NCBI RefSeq assembly: GCF_030013205.1
Contig: NZ_CP122648.1
Direction: 5' to 3' (one strand)
Source: Escherichia coli
Lineage (GTDB): Bacteria; Pseudomonadota; Gammaproteobacteria; Enterobacterales; Enterobacteriaceae
Length of the DNA: 64,000 bases
Of this stretch, positions 45,703 to 54,149 are shown piece after piece (the first letter of the stretch is position 1; every line of letters begins with the position of its first letter). The notes under the pieces are model-generated. The model did no database searches. It had not been told where the DNA came from and saw nothing but the letters and a program-made list of their open reading frames with translations. A program made the translations under genes and the position numbers.

Positions 45703-45736
45703 TAAAATTTCCTCCCGGTAAAAATTACTTCTCAAC

Positions 45737-46402
45737 TCAAACAAAACCAGCCGCTTTCCGGCGTTCATATTCCTGTTTCAGCAACTCAATTGGCGTTGGT
45801 CCCGACGGGTGTTTGGGTGCCGCCAGTTGTCGCCGGACTGGCGGAATGCTCAGGCCATTACCAACATGCTTTGCCCATTTCGTCAGTTGCCATTCTGCAA
45901 GCCGTTTTAACTCCCCTTCGGTCATCTGGCGCTCAATCCCCTTTGAACGCATCTCGAGGCAAATGTGATACAGCACAGGCTGAGACCACGGGTACTTATC
46001 ACTTCCGTCGTATCGCCAGGACTCATTGCGCCAGCGGCGGTACTCCTCCATCACAGCATCCACCGTCAGACCAAATGGATTGGCTCCGCTTTCCGAAATC
46101 AGCGCCACAAACTCAGCCAGGTCCGGAGGCCATGTTTCACCCGCCCGGCAGCGGTCCATGCACTGGCGGCAGACCTGCCGGATTTGCTGCTCAGTCATCG
46201 CGCCAATCTGTGCAATCCAGAGCTTCGAAGGTGCGGCCCCGTTCTTCTGGGTCCAGCGGTTCGAATAAACCTCCCCCATGAGTTCCCACAGCTTCCAGGC
46301 CGTTTCCGTCGCTGATAAATCCGTTTTCACGTTCCCACTGCTCACGTGCTGCCCGAATTTCCTGAACTGCTCGTGATGCGGTGCCACCTGGTGCTGCTGC
46401 AT
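45737..46402 (-). CDS. Lambda P-like replication protein (helicase loader)
   Basis: C-terminal half resembles recalled lambda P (DKYPWSQPVLYHICLEM..., ...ELLKQEYERRKAAG); N-terminal extent uncertain because the ORF overlaps the upstream gene. Confidence 0.5.
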   Translation of the reverse strand: MQQHQVAPHHEQFRKFGQHVSSGNVKTDLSATETAWKLWELMGEVYSNRWTQKNGAAPSKLWIAQIGAMTEQQIRQVCRQCMDRCRAGETWPPDLAEFVALISESGANPFGLTVDAVMEEYRRWRNESWRYDGSDKYPWSQPVLYHICLEMRSKGIERQMTEGELKRLAEWQLTKWAKHVGNGLSIPPVRRQLAAPKHPSGPTPIELLKQEYERRKAAGFV

Positions 46403-46652
46403 GGTTTACCCCCTTGCTGACTGGTTTAACCTGCGCCCTGACGTGATTTACGTGACGGGCGAATTTCTGCTCCCACTGAATCTGCGTGAACACTTTCCCC
46501 TCCGCTGCCCAGTAGTCCCGGAAGGCTGCAAATTCAGCTGGTGTAAATTCCGGCTCAGGCAGAGCCACTCCCCACAGAGCAGCCCGTCGTCGAAAATCCG
46601 GCGACGGATGCCAGCCATCGGTCATCGGAAATTTCCCGATGGGTTCGCTCAT
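46191..46652 (-). CDS. DnaT-domain-like replication protein, apparently N-terminally truncated
   Basis: KFPMTDGWHPSPDFRRRAALWGVALPEP...; starts with this segment directly and overlaps the P-like ORF in another frame. Confidence 0.45.
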   Translation of the reverse strand: MSEPIGKFPMTDGWHPSPDFRRRAALWGVALPEPEFTPAEFAAFRDYWAAEGKVFTQIQWEQKFARHVNHVRAQVKPVSKGVNHAAAPGGTASRAVQEIRAAREQWERENGFISDGNGLEAVGTHGGGLFEPLDPEERGRTFEALDCTDWRDD

Positions 46653-46691
46653 GCCGTCCAGATAAGCGAAGCAGCACCGCGAGGAATCAGT

Positions 46692-46910
46692 ATGCAGAAA
46701 CGAGAACCCGTCATCATCGCGCCAGACTATACCGATGATGAACTTTATGAGTGGATGCGCCAGAAAATTAATGCAGCGCAGGATCTGAAATGGGCCAATG
46801 AAGCCAGGGCTAAGCAGGCTGAAAATCTGTCCGCTCTGGAGCAGGATATCACCAGGCTGGAAAAAGCAGCGGCATTAAGCATTGCCAGAATGATTTCATA
46901 CCCGCGTTAA
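46692..46910 (+). CDS. Hypothetical small protein
   Basis: 72 aa ORF MQKREPVIIAPDYTDDELYEWMRQ... with GAGGAA RBS 6 nt upstream; opposite strand to the replication genes. Confidence 0.4.
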   Translation: MQKREPVIIAPDYTDDELYEWMRQKINAAQDLKWANEARAKQAENLSALEQDITRLEKAAALSIARMISYPR

Positions 46911-47045
46911 TAGCTAACCAACGAAGCTAAGGTTGGTAATTAAGGAGTTCTCCACGGGTCAGGTGGAGTGCGTGCGCCGGACACGGGTGAGCATCCGGTA
47001 CGTTCTTTAAAAATCTGGATAGTCCCAACTTATTTAAACGGTTAA

Positions 47046-47606
47046 TTATCTTGAGTTCATCCAGAACTTATTATTGCAAGCGGGGCAAAAAGTACGAAAA
47101 TGAGCATCAAAGCGCATTATTTCCATTGGCTGAAGTACAGATATTACCTTTTTTCCAAAACATTGTGGGCAAAGATACACAGTTATCTCAGTATCGCCTA
47201 TAAATTGCTTCTTGGAATATACAAGGGTTCCAGAATCAAGCTTGTTAAGCTTGTAACCTTCCGCCTGTCGCTGAAAATCTTCTGTCTCTGCAATTTTTGC
47301 TTTGAGATGCATTATCTCTTCATCACGAAAGCGGATCGCATCGCAAAGAGAGAAGCATTCCGCCTGAAGCGTGATTAGTTTGTTCTGAAGTTCAATAGTT
47401 GCGGCTTTAACTTCTGCATCCGTTTTTGCGTCATTAATAACCTTAGCGAGACCAGCTGTCTCCTTTATCGCAGCCATAGCCGCTGACAGTTCTGCTATCA
47501 CGTTGAGTACTCTTCTCGTTGTTGGGGATATCCGGATTATACAAATTTCTTGTTGTTGGGGAATAACAGGAACCACCTCGCCTGACGTGGTTAAAAGCAG
47601 GCACAC
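47046..47606 (-). CDS. Coiled-coil protein with C-terminal zinc ribbon
   Basis: ...DAEVKAATIELQNKLITLQAEC... then CPQC-x26-CPAC; likely start at MAAIKETAGL (47478); no helix-turn-helix evident. Confidence 0.5.
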   Translation of the reverse strand: MCLLLTTSGEVVPVIPQQQEICIIRISPTTRRVLNVIAELSAAMAAIKETAGLAKVINDAKTDAEVKAATIELQNKLITLQAECFSLCDAIRFRDEEIMHLKAKIAETEDFQRQAEGYKLNKLDSGTLVYSKKQFIGDTEITVYLCPQCFGKKVISVLQPMEIMRFDAHFRTFCPACNNKFWMNSR

Positions 47607-47692
47607 AACGCGAAAGCGTACGGCGAGGTAGCTGGTTCATAGATAGCCTGTCGTTAAATTTTCGTCGACCGTGCACTTCCGGTTGTGGCAAT

Positions 47693-47863
47693 CCGCGAAA
47701 TGGCGCGGCGGTAAGTATGGCTGGGTTATCCTTACCCCATTAGTGGCACCGGGTTGTCAGGTTGACCATACGCTTAAGTGACAACCCCGCTGCAACAACC
47801 CATGTTGATTACCTTTTGGCGGGTATCCGTTTTTTGTTTTCCCTTGTGATACCCGCCCTTTTT
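47693..47863 (+). ncRNA. Candidate structured RNA or leader: four consecutive hairpins ending in an intrinsic terminator
   Basis: Hairpins at 47693-47708, 47710-47736, 47750-47789, then terminator 47818-47863 (GGCGGGTATC...GATACCCGCC + CTTTTT). Confidence 0.35.
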
Positions 47864-47868
47864 AAAGT

Positions 47869-48028
47869 GAATTTTGTGATGCGGTGAATGCGGCTCAGCG
47901 CACGCGGAACAGTTAAAAAGGCCAGTTGACTTCCGTATTGGTTCTTATGGGTGGGTTCTCTGTATCCGGCGTTAATTATTAACTGGTTAACGTCACCTGG
48001 AGGCACCAGGCACCGCATCACAAAATTC
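47869..48028. promoter_or_regulatory. 18-bp perfect inverted repeat arms flanking 124 bp, upstream of the plus-strand early genes
   Basis: GAATTTTGTGATGCGGTG at 47869-47886 and exact reverse complement CACCGCATCACAAAATTC at 48011-48028. Confidence 0.5.
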
Positions 48029-48046
48029 ATTGTTGAGGATGCGATA

Positions 48047-48229
48047 ATGGAAACGTTATTACCAAACGTCAATACGTCTGAAGGTTGTTTTGAAATTGGT
48101 GTCAGAATCAGTAACCCTGTATTTACTGAAGATGCCATTAATAAGAGAAAACACGAACGGGAGCTATTAAATCAAATATGCATTGTTTCAATGCTGGCCC
48201 GTTTACGCCTGATGCAAAAAGGACGATGA
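48047..48229 (+). CDS. Hypothetical small protein, first gene after the inverted repeat
   Basis: METLLPNVNTSEGCFEIGVRISNPVF...; RBS GAGGA upstream. Confidence 0.35.
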   Translation: METLLPNVNTSEGCFEIGVRISNPVFTEDAINKRKHERELLNQICIVSMLARLRLMQKGR

Positions 48230-48435
48230 CAATGAATACAGTATTTGCACTCGTTCTGACGGTTTTTCTTAATACAGGCGAGCCAGTCGATCTTGTTATT
48301 GGTATACATGACTCAATGAAAGAATGCATGGCTGCCGCAGCGGAACAGAAAATTCCCGGCAACTGTTATCCGGTTGATAAAGTTATTCGCATGGACAATA
48401 ACGAAATCCCGGCAGGACTTAAAACAGCACCGTAA
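48226..48435 (+). CDS. Hypothetical small protein with hydrophobic N-terminus
   Basis: MTMNTVFALVLTVFLNTGEPVDLVIG...; RBS AAGGA. Confidence 0.4.
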   Translation: MTMNTVFALVLTVFLNTGEPVDLVIGIHDSMKECMAAAAEQKIPGNCYPVDKVIRMDNNEIPAGLKTAP

Positions 48436-48515
48436 TTAATATCCGGTTTCATTTTTATATGCCAGCAATGGCAGGGATTTGTTCACCCTTAAATCTGTAA
48501 TGAGGTTAAAACAAA

Positions 48516-48740
48516 ATGAGTAAAGTCTTTATTTGCGCCGCCATTCCGGACGAACAGGCAATAAAGGAAGAAGGTGCAGTCGCTGTAGCCACTGCCATTG
48601 AAGCCGGCGACGAACGCCGCGCCCGAGCCAAATTTACCTGGCAATTCCTGGAGCAATATCCGGCTGCTCAGGACTGCGCTTATAAATTTCTTGTTTGCGA
48701 GGATAAACCCGGCATGCCCCGCCCTGCCATCGACTCCTAG
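48516..48740 (+). CDS. Hypothetical prophage protein
   Basis: 74 aa ORF MSKVFICAAIPDEQAIKEEG... Confidence 0.4.
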   Translation: MSKVFICAAIPDEQAIKEEGAVAVATAIEAGDERRARAKFTWQFLEQYPAAQDCAYKFLVCEDKPGMPRPAIDS

Positions 48741-48752
48741 GATACCGAATAT

Positions 48753-50987
48753 ATGCAGGAAAACTGCTGGGATGAGGAATCCGCTTCCTTTATTCCGGTC
48801 GAACCAGAATCCGATCCGATGAACGTCAATTTTGACAAGCTGTCCCCTGAAGTACAGAACGCGGTCCTGGTTAAGTTCGACACATGTGAAAACATCACCG
48901 TTGATATGGTTATTAGCGCACAGGAATTGTTGCAGGAAGACATGGCAACATTCGACGGACATATCGTTGAAGCGTTGATGAAAATGCCAGAAGTTAACGC
49001 CATGTATCCGGAGCTTAAGTTGCACGCCATTGGGTGGGTTAAGCATAAATGTATTCCTGGTGCTAAATGGCCCGAAATTCAGGCAGAGATGCGCATCTGG
49101 AAAAAACGTCGCGAAGGTGAACGCAAGGAAACCGGAAAATACACGTCTGTTGTTGATCTCGCCCGCGCCAGAGCCAATCAACAGTACACTGACAATTCAA
49201 CAGGAAAAATCAGCCCGGTCATTGCTGCCACTCATCGCGAATACAAGCAGACATGGAAAACACTGGATGACGAACTGGCCTACGCTCTCTGGCCTGGTGA
49301 TGTGGATGCCGGAAACATTGACGGCAGCATCCATCGCTGGGCAAAAAATGAAGTTATCGACAACGACCGCGAAGACTGGAAGCGTATCTCGGCATCAATG
49401 CGCAAACAGCCTGATGCCCTTCGCTACGACCGCCAGACTATTTTTGGCCTTGTCCGTGAACGTCCGATCGACATTCACAAAGACCCTGTGGCACTGAACA
49501 AATACATTACTGAATACCTGACTACAAAGGGCGTGTTTGAAGATGAAGGAAGAAATCAGAGCGCAACTGATACTCTCTCGTCGCCAGTACCAGAAACTGA
49601 TGCAGTGGAAACGGCAATTCCGGACAACGAAAAAACCGAATGCAAAGTGGAAGTCGAACCATCTGTAGAGCGTGAGGGGCCGTTCTACTTCCTCTTCACC
49701 GACAAGGATGGCGAAAAATATGGTCGCGCAAACAAACTTTCTGGTCTGAATAAGGCGCTGACTGCAGGGGCTACTGAAATCACGAAAGAAGAATATTTTG
49801 CCCGTAAAAACGGTACATACTCAGGTTCACAACAAAATACTGGTGCATCTGACACGACCGCACAACCAGAGCCGGTAAAAGTTACCGCTGACGAAGTAAA
49901 CAAAATTATGCAGGCAGCCAATATCAGCCAGCCTGACGCCGATAAGTTGCTTGCTGTATCACGTGGTGAATTTGTTGCAGGGATTAGCGACCCGAATGAT
50001 CCGAAATGGGTGAAGGGGATTGAAACCCGCGATTCAGTGAATCAGAACCAGCAAGAAACGGAACAGAACGACCAGAAAGCGGAACAAAACAGCCCAAATG
50101 CGTTACAAAACGAGCCAGAAACGAAACAACCTGAGCCAGTAGCGCAACAGGAAGCGGAAAAAGTCTGCACCGCCTGCGGTCAGACCGGCGGCGGCAACTG
50201 CCCTGATTGTGGTGCGGTGATGGGCGACGCAACATACCAAGAAACATTCGATGACAAGAACCAGGTTGAAGTTCAGGAAGACGATTCGGAGAAAATGGAA
50301 GGCGCTGAACATCCACACAAAGAGAATGCTGGCAGCGCTCAGGATCACGCCAGCGATAGTGAAACTGGCGAGACGGCAGATCCCTTAATTACGGTGAACG
50401 GTCATCACGTTATCACATCCACCAGCAGGACGTGTGACCATCTAATGATCGACCTTGAAACCATGGGAAAAAATCCTGATGCCCCGATTATCTCAATAGG
50501 TGCAATATTTTTCGATCCGCAAACCGGAGATATGGGACCGGAATTTAGTAAGACTATCGATCTGGAAACTGCTGGCGGAGTCATTGATCGGGACACCATT
50601 AAATGGTGGCTTAAGCAATCACGCGAAGCGCAATCTGCCATTATGACCGATGAAATCCCGTTAGATGATGCACTGTTACAATTGCGGGAATTTATCGACG
50701 AAAACTCCGGTGAATTTTTTGTTCAGGTCTGGGGAAATGGAGCCAACTTCGACAACACGATTTTGCGCCGTTCATACGAACGGCAGGGGATCCCCTGCCC
50801 GTGGCGTTACTACAACGATCGCGATGTACGCACAATCGTTGAGCTGGGGAAAGCCATAGACTTCGATGCCAGAACGGCTATTCCATTCGAAGGTGAGCGC
50901 CATAATGCACTTGATGACGCCCGTTACCAGGCAAAATACGTTTCAGCAATCTGGCAAAAACTGATCCCGAATCCGGTTGATTTTTAA
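48753..50987 (+). CDS. Prophage exonuclease with C-terminal DEDDh 3'-5' exonuclease domain
   Basis: C-terminus MIDLETMG...ISIGAIFF...WGNGANFD...HNALDDARYQAKY; long acidic Gln/Glu-rich linker and CTACGQTGGGNCPDCG zinc-ribbon-like segment upstream. Confidence 0.7.
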   Translation: MQENCWDEESASFIPVEPESDPMNVNFDKLSPEVQNAVLVKFDTCENITVDMVISAQELLQEDMATFDGHIVEALMKMPEVNAMYPELKLHAIGWVKHKCIPGAKWPEIQAEMRIWKKRREGERKETGKYTSVVDLARARANQQYTDNSTGKISPVIAATHREYKQTWKTLDDELAYALWPGDVDAGNIDGSIHRWAKNEVIDNDREDWKRISASMRKQPDALRYDRQTIFGLVRERPIDIHKDPVALNKYITEYLTTKGVFEDEGRNQSATDTLSSPVPETDAVETAIPDNEKTECKVEVEPSVEREGPFYFLFTDKDGEKYGRANKLSGLNKALTAGATEITKEEYFARKNGTYSGSQQNTGASDTTAQPEPVKVTADEVNKIMQAANISQPDADKLLAVSRGEFVAGISDPNDPKWVKGIETRDSVNQNQQETEQNDQKAEQNSPNALQNEPETKQPEPVAQQEAEKVCTACGQTGGGNCPDCGAVMGDATYQETFDDKNQVEVQEDDSEKMEGAEHPHKENAGSAQDHASDSETGETADPLITVNGHHVITSTSRTCDHLMIDLETMGKNPDAPIISIGAIFFDPQTGDMGPEFSKTIDLETAGGVIDRDTIKWWLKQSREAQSAIMTDEIPLDDALLQLREFIDENSGEFFVQVWGNGANFDNTILRRSYERQGIPCPWRYYNDRDVRTIVELGKAIDFDARTAIPFEGERHNALDDARYQAKYVSAIWQKLIPNPVDF

Positions 50988-51053
50988 TGTTCAACCCTGA
51001 TCGCCGTCCCCGAATTATATTGGCGGCGGTCATGCTGTAAGGCACGTGACCAC

Positions 51054-51305
51054 ATGTACGAATTAACTCTATCGCCAGCAGAGATTCAAGAGATCACGAA
51101 ATACGAGCGATACACAAAACAGCAACACCAGTTAAGGCTGCACGGTATCCCATTTGTAATCGGTCCTAAAAACGAACCAATAGTTCTTCGCAGGGATATT
51201 CCACACGGACTGACTACGATGCCAAAAGCACCTGAACTGGTTTCCGCTGAACCCGATTTTGAGGCGCTGAACAATGGGAAGACCAAGAAAAAACAAAAAA
51301 GATAA
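51054..51305 (+). CDS. Putative excisionase
   Basis: 83 aa ORF immediately upstream of and overlapping the integrase; call is positional. Confidence 0.45.
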   Translation: MYELTLSPAEIQEITKYERYTKQQHQLRLHGIPFVIGPKNEPIVLRRDIPHGLTTMPKAPELVSAEPDFEALNNGKTKKKQKR

Positions 51306-52293
51306 TGCACTACCACCGCGTGTTAGATCGAATGGTTACAGTTACGTATGGAAACCCGAAGGAAGCACAAGAACTATAGGGCTCGGAAGAGTGCGGGAAA
51401 CCAGCGTAGCTAAAGTCTGGCAAAATTATGAGCTGGAAAAAGCAAAACTCCACAACATAATGACAGTAGCTAAATTATGGCACATGTTTATGGACTCCCC
51501 TGCATTTACAGAACTGGCCCCCCGAACCCAAAAAGATTATCGGCAACATCAAAGGGCATTGTTGGCAGTATTCGGAAAAGTGCTTGCTGATAATGTAAAA
51601 ATTGAACAGGTAAGAATTTTCATGGATAAGCGAGGACTTGAGAGCAAGACCCAAGCAAACCATGAACTGGCAAGTCTGAGCCGTGTATACGGATGGGGAT
51701 ATGAGCGTGGGTATGTGAAAAATAATCCATGCAAAGGAGTCAGAAAATTCACACTTAAAGCCCGTACTGTTTACATCACCGATGAACAGTATGCTGCAAT
51801 ATATGCGGAAGCAATTCCACAGTTACGTATTGCAATGGAGATATCCTATCTTTGTGCGGCAAGGCTCGGTGATGTACTCGAGCTGAAATGGCAGGATATT
51901 ATGGAGAAAGGGATTTACATTGAGCAAAACAAGACCGGCACTAAACAAATCAAGGAATGGTCTCCGCGATTACGTACGGCGATCCAGTTAGCCCGAAATG
52001 TATCTTCCGGCACATGCGAGTATGTGATCAACACAACCAAAGGCGGGAAGGTAATAGCCAAGACGCTGAACAACTGGTGGAATCAGGCTAAACGTGCAGC
52101 CGAGCAAAAAGCCGGCGTTCCGTTTGGGTGCAACTTCCATGACATAAAAGCCAAAGGGATTTCACATTACGAAGGCAGCAGTCGCGACAAACAAATTTTC
52201 AGTGGACACAAAACAGAAAATCAGGTGTTGATTTACGATCGTAAAACCAAAATAACACCAACACTGGATTTGCCGCTTGTGGTCAGTAAGTAG
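51274..52293 (+). CDS. int: Phage tyrosine integrase
   Basis: 339 aa ORF 140 bp from the att core; C-terminal region with candidate catalytic residues (ARLGDVLELKWQDI; HDIKAKGISHYEG...LIYDR). Confidence 0.8.
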   Translation: MGRPRKNKKDNALPPRVRSNGYSYVWKPEGSTRTIGLGRVRETSVAKVWQNYELEKAKLHNIMTVAKLWHMFMDSPAFTELAPRTQKDYRQHQRALLAVFGKVLADNVKIEQVRIFMDKRGLESKTQANHELASLSRVYGWGYERGYVKNNPCKGVRKFTLKARTVYITDEQYAAIYAEAIPQLRIAMEISYLCAARLGDVLELKWQDIMEKGIYIEQNKTGTKQIKEWSPRLRTAIQLARNVSSGTCEYVINTTKGGKVIAKTLNNWWNQAKRAAEQKAGVPFGCNFHDIKAKGISHYEGSSRDKQIFSGHKTENQVLIYDRKTKITPTLDLPLVVSK

Positions 52294-52434
52294 GCAATAC
52301 AGAAAATTTTCTGGCAAAAAGACTTGGTATATTAACTCTGAATAACTCCCTAATATATTGATTTTTCTTGGTGTCAAGTCTGATTAACTTTTCGGATATT
52401 TTCCGTATTATACTGATTTTTCTTTATTTTTCTT

Positions 52435-52502
52435 CGGTCTTGAAAACCGGCGACCCGAAAGGGTTCCAGAGTTCGAATCTCTGCGCTTCCGCCAAATAAG
52501 AT
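52435..52502. repeat. Prophage att core copy (attR), partial serT 3' half
   Basis: 68-bp identical to 32004-32071, followed by a hairpin terminator AGGGGTTAG...CTAACCCCT + T-run. Confidence 0.85.
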
Positions 52503-52700
52503 AAGGGGTTAGCTAACTGCTAACCCCTTTTTCTTTTGCCTGTCGAAATTCTCAGGGCGTTATATTTGCTTAATGACCTGATAATCCGCTGTTAAACCTG
52601 TTCCAGATCAAATGCGTAAAGATGGGTAAAACTTCTGGGTGCCCTTACGCATTATCATTATGCTGCTTAATTAATTACATCTGTCATAGAGAGTGACTCA

Positions 52701-53360
52701 ATGGATCGTATTGTTAGTTCTTCACATGACCGTACATCACTGCTTAGCACCCATAAGGTGCTGCGTAATACCTATTTTCTGCTGAGCCTGACGCTGGCCT
52801 TTTCGGCGATTACCGCAACTGCCAGTACGGTGCTGATGCTGCCATCTCCGGGTCTGATTCTGACGCTGGTGGGTATGTATGGTTTGATGTTCCTGACCTA
52901 TAAAACGGCGAATAAGCCGACCGGAATTATCTCCGCATTCGCCTTTACCGGTTTTCTGGGTTATATCCTCGGACCAATTCTGAATACCTATCTGTCTGCC
53001 GGAATGGGTGACGTAATCGCTATGGCACTGGGCGGAACGGCGTTAGTGTTCTTCTGTTGCTCTGCGTATGTGCTGACCACCCGCAAAGATATGTCGTTCC
53101 TTGGCGGTATGCTGATGGCGGGTATTGTGGTGGTGCTGATTGGTATGGTTGCTAATATCTTCCTGCAACTGCCTGCTCTGCATCTGGCGATCAGCGCGGT
53201 CTTCATTCTGATCTCCTCTGGCGCTATTTTGTTTGAAACCAGCAACATCATTCATGGCGGTGAAACGAACTATATTCGTGCCACGGTTAGCCTGTATGTT
53301 TCGCTGTACAACATCTTCGTCAGCCTGCTGAGCATTCTGGGCTTCGCCAGCCGCGATTAA
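52701..53360 (+). CDS. yccA: YccA (BAX inhibitor-1 family membrane protein)
   Basis: [34 protein letters not shown]... 219 aa. Confidence 0.93.
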   Translation: MDRIVSSSHDRTSLLSTHKVLRNTYFLLSLTLAFSAITATASTVLMLPSPGLILTLVGMYGLMFLTYKTANKPTGIISAFAFTGFLGYILGPILNTYLSAGMGDVIAMALGGTALVFFCCSAYVLTTRKDMSFLGGMLMAGIVVVLIGMVANIFLQLPALHLAISAVFILISSGAILFETSNIIHGGETNYIRATVSLYVSLYNIFVSLLSILGFASRD

Positions 53361-53450
53361 TCTCACCCGCTAACACTTTCATAGCCTCGCTTTATGCGGG
53401 GCTTTGTTTTTTGTTACACTGCCGGCAGTCTGATTAAGGTAGTAATAATT

Positions 53451-53780
53451 ATGCTGATCTTCGAAGGTAAAGAGATAGAAACGGATACCGAAGGCTATCT
53501 CAAAGAAAGCAGCCAGTGGAGTGAGCCGCTGGCAGTGGTGATTGCAGAGAACGAAGGGATTTCGCTGTCGCCAGAACACTGGGAAGTGGTGCGTTTTGTA
53601 CGTGACTTCTACCTGGAATTTAATACGTCTCCGGCGATTCGTATGCTGGTAAAAGCGATGGCGAATAAATTTGGTGAAGAAAAAGGTAACAGCCGCTATT
53701 TATACCGACTGTTTCCGAAAGGTCCGGCTAAGCAAGCCACCAAAATTGCTGGCCTGCCAAAACCGGTAAAATGTATTTAA
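53451..53780 (+). CDS. tusE: TusE sulfurtransferase
   Basis: [36 protein letters not shown]... 109 aa. Confidence 0.9.
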
Positions 53781-54055
53781 TGGATACGAAAATCGGTTAA
53801 TTCCCCCGAGGGGTGATGCGGCTCGCTGAGCACCCGTTCTACACGCGCAGAACGCGGGCCGCCACTCTTTAACCACTGCATTAATTTTTCTACCTGCCCT
53901 TCTTCACCGCAGGCAACCACTTCCACGCTGCCATCGTCAAGATTTTTGGCGTACCCGGCTAATCCCAGTTTTTTCGCTTCGTACTGCGTGGTATAGCGAA
54001 ATCCTACGCCCTGAACTCGCCCGTAAACCCAGGCAATTATGCAGACTTTCGACAT
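53777..54055 (-). CDS. yccX: YccX acylphosphatase
   Basis: [46 protein letters not shown]... 92 aa. Confidence 0.9.
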
Positions 54056-54149
54056 TGCTGCTCTCCTTATCCTTAATGGACGCGTTGCAAATCCATGGAA
54101 AACTCCGGACAATGACGCCCATTTCTTTGCATCGACAGAAAAGTAAATT

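Larger units (their letters stand above)
32064..52434. mobile_element. Defective lambdoid prophage integrated in serT
   Basis: Bounded by 68-bp direct repeats; int and xis at one end, tail gene remnants at the other; RusA, Q-like, P-like and exonuclease genes between; no head, terminase or endolysin genes. Confidence 0.85.

Noticed and set aside
47809-48138. 109-aa minus-strand ORF in the prophage control region
   Set aside because: It spans the terminator hairpin and both arms of the 18-bp inverted repeat and is antisense to a plus-strand gene that has an RBS; treated as spurious.
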